From Natrialbaceae archaeon Tc-Br11_E2g14 (GTDB lineage: Archaea; Halobacteriota; Halobacteria; Halobacteriales; Natrialbaceae), in the NCBI GenBank assembly GCA_001564275.1, contig LKND01000004.1, positions 2,419-66,418 on the forward strand: 64,000 nucleotides of DNA, written 5' to 3'. Positions 1-9,092 of this stretch are shown in pieces. The notes under the pieces are model-generated. The model had not been told where the DNA came from. It worked only from the letters and a program-made list of their open reading frames with translations, and made no database searches. Each line of letters starts with the position of its first letter. Positions within the stretch are counted from its first letter, which is position 1. Made by a program: the position numbers and the translations under genes.

Positions 1-31
1 TGATGCCGTCTGCGTCGAACGTCTCGGTCAT
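1..31 (-). CDS. rtcB: 5' end of probable RtcB RNA ligase (continues off the window)
   Basis: ATG at 31 reads MTETFDADGI, resembling haloarchaeal RtcB N-termini; lies directly downstream of archease, the usual partner. Only 10 codons visible. Confidence 0.5.
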   Translation of the reverse strand, partial: MTETFDADGI

Positions 32-196
32 GGTCGTTACTGGGTCGTCGAGCGAGTTAGGTATCGGGGGTTGCCCGGCAGGCGCGCCCGGACCGAGCAG
101 ATGGCCTGATCCACGAGACGCCGTCGGCAGGGTGGGTCGTGAGACGGGCTCTCTCTGGCGATACGTGAGGCGGCGACGAGGCGGTCCGGGGCGTGC

Positions 197-715
197 CTAC
201 ACGTCGAAGACGACGTACGCCTCCCAGCGGTCCTCCACCTGCTCGAGGCGCATCTCCGAGTAGGTCACGGCCTTCACTTCCCGTGCGTCGATGGAGTCGA
301 GCGGGATGGCGGTGGCCGTTGCCGAGAGCGACCACTCGAGAGCGGCGCTGTCAGTCGCGTCCCCCGACTTCGAGGGGTCGCTGCCCTCACCCCCGTCAGC
401 GTCTTCACCCATCACGTCCGGGCTCTCGGACTGCTCGAGTCGATCAACCCGGTTCGCCACCGGGAGCACGTTTCTGACGTCCCGTTCGTAAATCAACTCG
501 TCGAGGTAATCGAACAGCAGGGCCTCCCGTGACTCGGCCCGCACCTCGAGGTCGACGGTCTCCTCGCCCAATGTACCGGGAGCCTCGATTGGCGCCTCCT
601 CGTCCCAGCCAGCGGCGGCGAGCCCGTTGGCAACCGCGGCGAAGGTTTCCTCGAGGCTGGCTCCAGTCGCCTCGACGGCCACGTCGGCAGTGTGATCACG
701 GAGGACGTATCCCAT
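197..715 (-). CDS. Archease (RtcB cofactor)
   Basis: HTADV N-terminal motif and KAVTY...AYVVFDV C-terminus; start set at MGYVLRDHTAD. Confidence 0.9.
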   Translation of the reverse strand: MGYVLRDHTADVAVEATGASLEETFAAVANGLAAAGWDEEAPIEAPGTLGEETVDLEVRAESREALLFDYLDELIYERDVRNVLPVANRVDRLEQSESPDVMGEDADGGEGSDPSKSGDATDSAALEWSLSATATAIPLDSIDAREVKAVTYSEMRLEQVEDRWEAYVVFDV

Positions 716-781
716 CGTCTCGACTGTCGCTGGCCACGGCCGAGAATGCATCGACTGGCCTCGTCACCGAGCCACGACGGC

Positions 782-2014
782 TCAGCAAGAGCAGTAGTAC
801 TCGACACCACCGAACGTCGTTTCGAGCACCTGCACCGCGGGTCCGGGATCGGACGGGCGGTAGACGCCAGTGGTCAATCCCTGGCTGTGCTCGAACTCGC
901 CAGTCAGGATCGCGCGCCACTCGTCGGTCGAGAGCACGTCCGGCGGTCCCCCGTCACCGGCGAGTCCCGCGAGGTAGTCGGGAAGGTAGAGCCACCGGGC
1001 AGGACGGGGCGCATCGGGCGTGTACGAGTCTCCGACGGCGTCGGCGTAGGCGGCATAGGGCAGGTTCACACCCGCCTCGACGGGCATCGAGATCCACTTC
1101 CACGGACGGGTGTTAATGTCCAGAAGGACGTACTCCGCACGAGCCGTGTCGTACACGAACTCCGCCTCGCTGATGCCGTAGTACCCGGTGTGCTCGAGAA
1201 TCGTCCGAGCGTGAGCCTCGAGGGTGGCGTCCTCGACCGTGTCCACGACACAGGAGGTTCCGTAGGCTTGCGGATGGCGGACGCGCGCGTTGCCGACGAC
1301 GCCGTGGGTCTCCCCGTCGGGTGACACGTAGGAGGCGAACGAACGATCCTCGCCGGTCGCGATCGGCACTTTCTCCTGGGCCATAATTCGGACGTCGGCC
1401 ACCTCGGCCCGCTCGACGATCTCGGCGAAGGCCGCCTCGTCCTCGACCTCGACGACGTTCGTACCCAGCAGTTCCTCGAACTCCCGCTTGCGGGCGGGTT
1501 TGACGACGAAGGGGTACTCGAGCCGTGCAGCGGCATCGGCGGGATCGACGGCTGACAGCTGGTACGTCTCCGGATGGGGGACCTCGAGGTCGGCCGCGAG
1601 GCCGTAGAGGGACTCCTTGTCGAGCACGTCGGCGATGATCGACTGGTCGGCGAAGGGCAATCGGACGCCCGCAGGCTGGGTCTCGGCGAACGCGTGGACC
1701 CACTCGTCCATGCAGGGGAACGCAACTGGCTCGTGATCGAGCGCGTCGGCGATACGCTCGACGTCGCGCCTGAATCCCTCGCGGTCCGCCAGCGGGAACG
1801 TGACCTCGCCAGCGGCAACGACGGCGTCAGTGTAAGAGCCCACGCCATCCCCGTTGCGGTCGAGCGCGATCACCGGCACGTCGTGTGCGGCGAGTGCCCT
1901 GGCGACGCTCCCGCCGGTGATGTGGGCGTTGGCGACGAGTGCTGGTGGGCGATCGAACGACTGGCGCTCGAGACGGTGGCACAGTTCCTCGAGTGACTGA
2001 AATTCGGTGGCCAT
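782..2014 (-). CDS. ATP-grasp carboxylate-amine ligase (D-aspartate-ligase-like)
   Basis: PFVVKP, IMAQEKV, EAEFVYD and LLDINTRPW ATP-grasp motifs. Confidence 0.8.
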   Translation of the reverse strand: MATEFQSLEELCHRLERQSFDRPPALVANAHITGGSVARALAAHDVPVIALDRNGDGVGSYTDAVVAAGEVTFPLADREGFRRDVERIADALDHEPVAFPCMDEWVHAFAETQPAGVRLPFADQSIIADVLDKESLYGLAADLEVPHPETYQLSAVDPADAAARLEYPFVVKPARKREFEELLGTNVVEVEDEAAFAEIVERAEVADVRIMAQEKVPIATGEDRSFASYVSPDGETHGVVGNARVRHPQAYGTSCVVDTVEDATLEAHARTILEHTGYYGISEAEFVYDTARAEYVLLDINTRPWKWISMPVEAGVNLPYAAYADAVGDSYTPDAPRPARWLYLPDYLAGLAGDGGPPDVLSTDEWRAILTGEFEHSQGLTTGVYRPSDPGPAVQVLETTFGGVEYYCSC

Positions 2015-2162
2015 GGAAAGCGGTACCCGCGCCGGGGGCTAAATCGCCCCGGTTCCGGAACCTCCTATACTCTGCGTGATAGCTGGTCGCGAGATTTATC
2101 AACCAGACCCACCATTTGGTACGCGTGTGTCCAATGGAAGACGAGAACGGAGGGGTCTGACG

Positions 2163-2735
2163 ATGACCGACGAGCCTGAAGTACTCGTCGTCGATGACGA
2201 GTCCCGCCTCGCCGACCTGTTCGCAGCCTGGCTGGGAACCGATCGTCCCGTCGCCACGGCCTACAATGGCGAGGAGGCCCTCGAGCAGATGACCGACTCC
2301 GTCGAGGTCGTTCTTCTCGACCGTCGGATGCCGGGGCTGTCCGGTGATGAGGTACTCCAGGAAATTCGTGACAGCGGGTACGATTGCCGCGTCGTCATGG
2401 TAACGGCCGTCGATCCGGACTTCGACATCATCGAGATGGGCTTCGACGACTATCTGGTCAAGCCCGTCTCGAAGGACGACCTCCTCGAGATGGTCGAGAA
2501 CGTAACGACCCGATCTGAGTACAAAACGGAGATCCAGGAGTACTACTCGCTGGTCTCGAAGAAGGCACTCCTCGAGTCGGAGAAGGCGGATCGCGAACTC
2601 GACGATCACGACGAGTATCAGGACCTATGCGCCCGCGTGGACGAACTACGAGGTACCGTCGACGACACCGTCTCCGAGATGTCCTCCCACGACGACTTCG
2701 TCGGGGCATTTCAGGACCTTCAGTCGGAGAAGTAA
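2163..2735 (+). CDS. HalX-domain response regulator
   Basis: VLVVDDE, LLDRRMP, MVTAV and YLVKP receiver motifs plus acidic helical C-terminal HalX region. Confidence 0.88.
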   Translation: MTDEPEVLVVDDESRLADLFAAWLGTDRPVATAYNGEEALEQMTDSVEVVLLDRRMPGLSGDEVLQEIRDSGYDCRVVMVTAVDPDFDIIEMGFDDYLVKPVSKDDLLEMVENVTTRSEYKTEIQEYYSLVSKKALLESEKADRELDDHDEYQDLCARVDELRGTVDDTVSEMSSHDDFVGAFQDLQSEK

Positions 2736-2736
2736 G

Positions 2737-3150
2737 GCTTTCGAAAAACTCGAATCGAGATCCACCGTCGCGACTCCGATGGATACGAGTCCTCCAGCCG
2801 TGACCTTTTGCCACCTCACTGACGACCCACAGCCCGAGTCCGAGTCCGGCTGACCCCGTCGATACGGACGTATCGAACACGTCCTCGCGCACCCCGTCGG
2901 GAACCGCTGCCGGTCGTCGACAACCGAACGTTCTGACCGATCCTCGAGCGGGCCACCCCTATCGACAGCGCCAATGTGGACTCATCTGCCTACCGTCGGC
3001 CGTACCACTCGGCACTGTGAATCAGGTTCTCGAAGCGCCGAAGGAGCGGTGACCGATCCGCCTCGAGGCGATCGATCAGGCGGTCGGCAGTCTCGAGCGT
3101 GTCCACGTCGAGGACGACGTCGACGGCCCCGTGATCGACGCGATCGATTG
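2737..3150 (-). pseudogene. Degenerate sensor histidine kinase HATPase fragment
   Basis: N-box-like LEADRSPLLRRFENLIHSA, then a TAG stop and frameshifts around a VDD-GSG G1 box, then VFDTSVSTGSAGLGLGLWVVSEVAKGHGW...GGSRFEF (F/G2 boxes). Boundaries approximate. Confidence 0.7.
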
Positions 3151-3368
3151 CCCTCGAGTAGAGCCTGACGATGACGGCGCTACCCTCGCCCCCGCGGGGG
3201 CACGAGTCGGTCCGGCGCCAGGGGGAGCCACGTCGACGTTCGAGGGCATACTGGGACCACGGGCAGGACGGCGGGCCGGGTGGGGACACGGCCGCACCTC
3301 GTGGCGGTGGACCACTCGACAGGTCCGGACCGTCGGGACTTTCTGCCCTGGCCACCGACACCGAAGGT

Positions 3369-4730
3369 ATGCGCCCCGCCCACCCACTCGAGCAGGCCGT
3401 CGGTATGGATCACTACGTCGCCGAAACTGCGGGAATCGGGGGCTGCCTGCGGGCCGAGGACGCCCACTTCAGGGTCCGTGAACTCGAGCGCTTCGACGTC
3501 GAACCCGTCGACGCGTCCGCTGACGAGTACCCACATCTCGTCTTCCGAGCGACGCTTCGGGGCTGGGACACCAACGACTTCGCCCGGCGACTCTCCGACC
3601 AGTTAGGGGTCTCCCGCGAGCGCGTCTCCTGGGCGGGGACGAAGGACAAACACGCGATCACCACGCAACTGTTCTCGGTCTACGGCGTCGACGCCGCTGC
3701 CCTGCCGACGACCAACCGGGCCGACGTCGAGGTCCTCGGGCGGGCCGGTCGTGCCATCGAGTTCGGCGACCTCGCCGGGAACGCGTTCGAACTGGTCGTG
3801 ACCGATCACGTCGCTGACGCTCGAGAACGCGTGAATGCCATCGCCGGCGAACTCGCCAGCTTCGGGGGACTCCAGACCGGATCCGAGTCGGCGTCGGCGC
3901 ACACGATCGGCGTCCCCAATTGCTTCGGGCAACAACGCTTTGGCAGCCGTCGGCCGATCACCCACGAGGTCGGCCTCGCCATCGTGCGTGAGGACTGGGA
4001 AGGGGCAGTGATGGCCTATCTGGGACGGCCCACCGAGCACGAACCCGAGGATACCCAGCGCGCTCGGACGTTCGTCGAAGAGAGCCGGGACTGGGGGGCA
4101 GCCCTCGATCGGTTTCCTCACCGATTGCGATACGAGCGATCGATGCTTCACGAACTGGCCGAACGGTCGGGGGACGTCGACGAGTCGGCGTTCAGGGCCG
4201 CTCTCGAGCGCCTGCCCTCGAACCTCCAGCGGCTATTCGTCCACGCCGCCCAGTCGTACGTCTTCAATCGCATCTGCAGCGAACGCCTCGAGCGAGGCCT
4301 GCCGTTCGATCGACCGGTCGAGGGTGACGTGGTTTGCTTTGCCGACCGCGACGGACCCGCTGATCTGACGCTCCCGGACACCAACCGACTCCAGTCAGTC
4401 GACGAGCGTCGTCTCGGATCGGTCACGAGACACTGCGAGCGCGGGCGTGCGTTCGTGACAGCGCCCTTGGTCGGGACGGAGACGACACTCGGTTCGGGAG
4501 AACCCGGCGAGATCGAACGCGAGGTGCTCGCTGCGGTCGGTCTGGAGCCGGCGGACTTCGCACTCCCCGGCGAGTTCGACTCGACCGGGACCCGACGCGC
4601 CATCCTGGTACAAACGACACTCGACGTCGCCGACGACCCGCTGACGTTCTCGTTCGCACTTCCCAAGGGATCGTACGCCACCGTCGTCATGCGGGAGTTC
4701 CTCCAGACGAATCCGCTGGACCTGGGATAA
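3369..4730 (+). CDS. truD: tRNA pseudouridine(13) synthase TruD
   Basis: [30 protein letters not shown] and [10 protein letters not shown] motifs. Confidence 0.93.
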   Translation: MRPAHPLEQAVGMDHYVAETAGIGGCLRAEDAHFRVRELERFDVEPVDASADEYPHLVFRATLRGWDTNDFARRLSDQLGVSRERVSWAGTKDKHAITTQLFSVYGVDAAALPTTNRADVEVLGRAGRAIEFGDLAGNAFELVVTDHVADARERVNAIAGELASFGGLQTGSESASAHTIGVPNCFGQQRFGSRRPITHEVGLAIVREDWEGAVMAYLGRPTEHEPEDTQRARTFVEESRDWGAALDRFPHRLRYERSMLHELAERSGDVDESAFRAALERLPSNLQRLFVHAAQSYVFNRICSERLERGLPFDRPVEGDVVCFADRDGPADLTLPDTNRLQSVDERRLGSVTRHCERGRAFVTAPLVGTETTLGSGEPGEIEREVLAAVGLEPADFALPGEFDSTGTRRAILVQTTLDVADDPLTFSFALPKGSYATVVMREFLQTNPLDLG

Positions 4731-4836
4731 GGGCCGTGAGTGATTCGGCCACCCGTCTCCCACCGTGCAGCCACCTGTTTCCCATCTGGTCACCGGGAAC
4801 CACCGCCGTTTTACTCTCTCGCTGGCAAACGGGATC

Positions 4837-5574
4837 ATGAAGTGTCGCCAGTGCGGATTCTCGCTCGAGAAACCCGGCGATTACTGTCTGGTCTGTGATG
4901 CCGGAAACACCGACGCCGTGGTGCTCGAGGCGGCCCGCGACCGGGCGACGCTGACGATGCTCGGCGACGAGACCGTCCTGGGGGAGACGACCGTCACGAC
5001 GGCCCCCGAAGAGGGTGATCTCGAGGTGGTTGAACTCCGGAATTTCGCCGGACTGGTCGGCGACGAACTCCGCCGCAAGCGACCCGACGAGGTGTACGCA
5101 ACCGGTGACAGGAACGTCATCAGACGCGTTCGGGACGACACCCACTACACTTTCTACCGAGTCGCGGACGACGACCCCGTCGAGGCCGTCCTCGAGCGTC
5201 AGGGGACCGAAGCCCTCGACGTCGTCGAGACCGCTCCGGCCGAGAAGATCGGTGGCAGTCACTCGACGCTCATCGGCGGTCGCGCGGGGATGCGTGCGAT
5301 CCAGACCGTTGCGGGTCACCCTCACGTCAAGAAGGTCATCCCCGGCCCGATCGACGCCGGTGGGACGGGATCACAGTCAGGGCTTCGCGCGAAAGTGACG
5401 AGAGCCGACAGCGGCGGCAACGTTCGGATGCTCCTCCGGGACGGCTCGAGCGTGCAGGAAAATCGGATCGTGACCACCGCACGCGATCGAACACTCGGGG
5501 AGGTCATCCGCGAGGATTTAAACGACAGCCTTACCGAGGCGGGGTTCGCCGACTCCAGCGATGGTAACAACTGA
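4837..5574 (+). CDS. Zn-ribbon plus DUF2103-like protein
   Basis: N-terminal CRQC...CLVC; C-terminal EKIGGSHST...[12 protein letters not shown] segment. Confidence 0.75.
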   Translation: MKCRQCGFSLEKPGDYCLVCDAGNTDAVVLEAARDRATLTMLGDETVLGETTVTTAPEEGDLEVVELRNFAGLVGDELRRKRPDEVYATGDRNVIRRVRDDTHYTFYRVADDDPVEAVLERQGTEALDVVETAPAEKIGGSHSTLIGGRAGMRAIQTVAGHPHVKKVIPGPIDAGGTGSQSGLRAKVTRADSGGNVRMLLRDGSSVQENRIVTTARDRTLGEVIREDLNDSLTEAGFADSSDGNN

Positions 5575-5678
5575 AACGGTTGACATCCTCACAGCGATCG
5601 GCTCAGAACCGGTGCCGGACCGGTTCTATGCCATGGTATCGTGAAGGTGTATACAGTGACGTTCGGTGGTTACTGTCC
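5559..5678 (+). mobile_element. Palindromic MITE-like repeat, copy 1
   Basis: Aligns by eye with 26803-26919, 30413-30531 and 45530-45652; central AGAACCGG...CCGGTTCT hairpin; degenerate ends GATGGTAAC...GTTACTGTC. Confidence 0.75.
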
Positions 5679-5729
5679 CCACCCGAACTCAACACCTTTA
5701 TCAAATCGCCGGGAATAGAGAGCGGTACT

Positions 5730-5999
5730 ATGGCCGAAAAGCAGCGAGGACGGGTCGGCAGCGCCGGCCGCTTCGGAGCACGGTACGGACGCGTCGCCCG
5801 CCGACGCGTCAACGAGATCGAACACGACATGCGCACGTCGAAGGTCGATGGTGACGACGTCAAGCGCATCGGAACGGGCATCTGGAAGAACGAAGAGACG
5901 GGCGAGGTCTTCACCGGCGGTGCTTACCGGCCGGAGACGCCAGCGGGCAAGACCGTCCGTCGCTCGATCCGCGCCGCCCTGGGCGAGGACGGCGAATAG
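5730..5999 (+). CDS. rpl37ae: 50S ribosomal protein L37ae/eL43, cysteine-free form
   Basis: [13 protein letters not shown] and [11 protein letters not shown] motifs; first gene of the conserved operon. Confidence 0.95.
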   Translation: MAEKQRGRVGSAGRFGARYGRVARRRVNEIEHDMRTSKVDGDDVKRIGTGIWKNEETGEVFTGGAYRPETPAGKTVRRSIRAALGEDGE

Positions 6000-6038
6000 A
6001 CCGATAAACATACCCGCCACCAACCCAACGCTCGACAC

Positions 6039-6173
6039 ATGAGCTACAAGTGCTCCCGATGTAAACGCGACGTACAACTCGACGAGTACGGGGGCGTCCG
6101 CTGTCCGTACTGTGGACACCGCGTGCTCCTGAAAGAGCGGAGCCGCGACGTCAAGACCGTCTCCGTCGACTAG
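6039..6173 (+). CDS. rpoP: RNA polymerase subunit P (Rpo12)
   Basis: Manual translation [44 protein letters not shown]; too short for the ORF track. Confidence 0.95.
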   Translation: MSYKCSRCKRDVQLDEYGGVRCPYCGHRVLLKERSRDVKTVSVD

Positions 6174-6185
6174 CGACTGTTTTCC

Positions 6186-6518
6186 GTGTTTCCACACGAC
6201 GCGAGCCTCGAGTTCGCCTACGACCGATGCTCTAAGGCGGCGGTGATCGAACGCGCCGTCGTCCGCGAGGTCGGTGAGATCGAGGACGACCGTTCGCGGA
6301 CCACGGTTTGTCGGGATGACGGGGTGCTCACCCTCGAGGTCCACGCCCGTGATCTGACCGCGCTCCGTGCGGCCTGTAACACCTGGTGTACGCTGGTCGA
6401 GGTGGCCGAACGGACGGCAATCGCTGGCGAGAGGTACACGATCGACGGCGCCTCGAGTTCATCCGAACCGGCCGGCGAGATCCAGTTGGATCGAGACACG
6501 TCCATCAGCGATGGCTGA
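6186..6518 (+). CDS. pcc1: KEOPS complex subunit Pcc1
   Basis: LEVHARDLTALRAACNTW motif and position after rpoP. Confidence 0.85.
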   Translation: MFPHDASLEFAYDRCSKAAVIERAVVREVGEIEDDRSRTTVCRDDGVLTLEVHARDLTALRAACNTWCTLVEVAERTAIAGERYTIDGASSSSEPAGEIQLDRDTSISDG

Positions 6519-7269
6519 GGAACTCGGCGATCGGATCGTCAGCGGGGCAGACACCGTCCGGGCACGCTGGCAACTCACGCCCTCGAACGCTCGGTTCCTC
6601 CACGCGCATCTCACCCTGACGTGGGGTATTTCGGGTGGCATCCTCGCACTCCTTCTCGGCGGTGCCACGGGACTGGCCCTCGACACAGGCGAGGTGGCGG
6701 TTGCGGGGGGTGTCCCGGGACTGATCGCCGTCGCAACCCTCGCCGGCATCGCGCTCCTGTTGTCACTGTTTCCCCTTCTCCTCGGGTCGAGACGGGGTCG
6801 CCAGTTACTACGCTTGCGAGCGCCGGAACCGACCGATCCTGGACGATCGTCACTCGAGCACCTGTCCCTCGGGTGGCTGGTCGCGACGGCTACCCTTGGC
6901 GGACTGGTCCACGCGGGTGGGTTCGCCGTCGTCGTCGGCGCCGGATTGTCTGCCTTCGCCTATCTGTTGCCCCTCGGCGTGGTCTACCTCGTTCTCGTGG
7001 CGACCCGCTGGTGGCTGCCCACGGCGGGCACGCTTCGTGGCGATCGGCTCACGGTCAGATCGTTCCCACGGGACGGCCAACCGGGACGGGGTTGGTACGG
7101 CCAACTCGAGACCGTGGCCACCGTCCAAATGGCGTCCCTGACCGATGTTCGCTCCGTCACCGTCGGCGACGTCTCGCTCGTCGCTCTCGAGCACACCGAC
7201 GGGGCGCCGGTCGTGGCGGCCGTCCCAACTGGGGTTCGCGACCAGCTCGAGGCCGACCTGCGCGAATGA
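6511..7269 (+). CDS. Hypothetical multi-pass membrane protein
   Basis: About four hydrophobic segments and a soluble C-terminus; overlaps the pcc1 stop. Confidence 0.65.
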   Translation: MAEELGDRIVSGADTVRARWQLTPSNARFLHAHLTLTWGISGGILALLLGGATGLALDTGEVAVAGGVPGLIAVATLAGIALLLSLFPLLLGSRRGRQLLRLRAPEPTDPGRSSLEHLSLGWLVATATLGGLVHAGGFAVVVGAGLSAFAYLLPLGVVYLVLVATRWWLPTAGTLRGDRLTVRSFPRDGQPGRGWYGQLETVATVQMASLTDVRSVTVGDVSLVALEHTDGAPVVAAVPTGVRDQLEADLRE

Positions 7270-7384
7270 CCCGAGCGGGCACGGATAGCGATCACAAACA
7301 GGTGTGGACAATCCCCGTGCGGCGACGACCAGCCGACGGGACACAAAGCTTGGCTTTATCAGTCCGGAGGGCGACCGTCGAGAT

Positions 7385-7777
7385 ATGCAGGGCAATTTGC
7401 CGCCGGAAGCACAGGAGAAAATCGAACAGCTGCAGGAGCTCCAGGAGACGGCCCAGACGGTCGCCGTCCAGAAGCAGGAAGCCGAGTCGACGCTGAACGA
7501 CGCTCAGGCCGCCCTCGAGGAACTCGAAGACGTCGACGCGGACACTACGATGTACCGGCAGGTCGGCGAACTGTTCGTCCAGACAGAGTACGACGAGGCC
7601 GAAGCACAGCTCGGGGAGAAAGTCGACACCCTCGAGATCCGACTCGAGACCCTCGAGAAACAGGAAGCGCGCGTCCAGGATCAGTTCGAGAGCCTGCAGG
7701 ACGAACTGCAGAACATGCTCGGCGGCGGTATGGGTGGCCCGGCCGGTCCTGGCGGGCCCGGTGCCGGCGGCGCGTAA
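7385..7777 (+). CDS. pfdB: Prefoldin beta subunit
   Basis: [12 protein letters not shown]...[10 protein letters not shown], coiled coils and Gly-rich tail. Confidence 0.95.
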   Translation: MQGNLPPEAQEKIEQLQELQETAQTVAVQKQEAESTLNDAQAALEELEDVDADTTMYRQVGELFVQTEYDEAEAQLGEKVDTLEIRLETLEKQEARVQDQFESLQDELQNMLGGGMGGPAGPGGPGAGGA

Positions 7778-8041
7778 ATGGCTCCCGCGGACGCCCCGGA
7801 CCCGACCGACGAAACGGTCGTGCAAACGGCGGCTGACGCCGCCGAGGACGTCATCTTCGACACCTACAAACAATCGGCCGTCCGGGATTACGACGTCACC
7901 GTAATCTTCGAAGACGGGACGCTCGAGGTCGACGTCTACCTCAACGCGCCGGCCGACGCCGCGGATCGATCCCCCGAGGCGGTGGCCGATGCGGCGGCAC
8001 TCGCCGCCCGATCGGCCGTCGACGAGCTATTCGACGAGTGA
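7778..8041 (+). CDS. DUF3194-like protein
   Basis: DYDVTVIFEDGTLEVDVYL; abuts pfdB as in other haloarchaea. Confidence 0.75.
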   Translation: MAPADAPDPTDETVVQTAADAAEDVIFDTYKQSAVRDYDVTVIFEDGTLEVDVYLNAPADAADRSPEAVADAAALAARSAVDELFDE

Positions 8042-8110
8042 ACATCACCGTCTCCGTCGGTGCAGCCTCGAACGACAACACTTACCCACCAGCCAGTGTG
8101 AAAATCGGGT

Positions 8111-8944
8111 ATGGCAACGAGCGACTGGGGAGACTGGCTCCCAAACGCGATCGAATCGGCCGATCCCGATGGTGTAGCTATCTGGTACCTCGGGTGTAAC
8201 GGGGTCGTCCTCAAGGGATCTGCGGGAACGACGATCTACGTCGATCCGTACGTCGGCCTCGGCGATCCCCCGCGGACGGTCCGAATGATTCCCGTTCCCT
8301 TCGACCCGGCGGATGTCGGCCATGCTGACGCCGTGTTCGCAACCCACGAACACACCGATCACGTCCACGGCCCGAGTCAGGCACCGATTCTCGCCGAATC
8401 GAACGCCGACCTGTATGCCCCCGACGACAGCCTCGCGGTCGCCCGCGAGGAGGAAGCCTGGACCGAGAACTGGGCCGTCACCGACGACCAGTTCGTCGAG
8501 GTCGGCGAGGGCGACACCCTCGAGATCGGCGAGTTCACCGTTTACGTGGAATCCGCCCACGACCCCGACGCCACCCACCCCGTGAGCTACGTCTTCGAGC
8601 ACGACTCGGCAACCGTCTTCCACGGCGGCGACACCAAACCCACCGACGAGTTCGAGCGAATCGGCCGGACGTACGACATCGATCTCGGGATTCTCGCCTT
8701 CGGCACTGTCGGGAACGTTCCGGACAAAGAAACCGGCGAGCCCACGCGGACCCGCTGGTACAACGACGAAAATCAGATCGTCGAGTGCGCGTCAGCCCTG
8801 CAACTCGAGGCGCTCGTCCCGAGCCACTGGGACATGTGGCGGGGACTCACGAGCGACCCGAAGGTGCTGCATCACCACGCCAAGAGCTTCCAGTATCCCG
8901 AGCGACTCGAGCTGGTCGAGATCGGCGACCGCCTCGATTGCTGA
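8111..8944 (+). CDS. MBL-fold metallo-hydrolase (UlaG-like)
   Basis: THEHTDHVH, FHGGD and PSHWD metal-binding motifs. Confidence 0.85.
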   Translation: MATSDWGDWLPNAIESADPDGVAIWYLGCNGVVLKGSAGTTIYVDPYVGLGDPPRTVRMIPVPFDPADVGHADAVFATHEHTDHVHGPSQAPILAESNADLYAPDDSLAVAREEEAWTENWAVTDDQFVEVGEGDTLEIGEFTVYVESAHDPDATHPVSYVFEHDSATVFHGGDTKPTDEFERIGRTYDIDLGILAFGTVGNVPDKETGEPTRTRWYNDENQIVECASALQLEALVPSHWDMWRGLTSDPKVLHHHAKSFQYPERLELVEIGDRLDC

Positions 8945-9092
8945 ACCGGGTTACGGTAAATCAGTCGACGTCACCGAACACTGGTGGGGGTTGTCTCCCC
9001 ACTGGGCTACGGCCTGTATCGACCGATAGACCCCACGGGGACACACTGGCGGTGCCGTTCGTTTTAAGGTAATGCTTGGTTAACGGTTCGTC

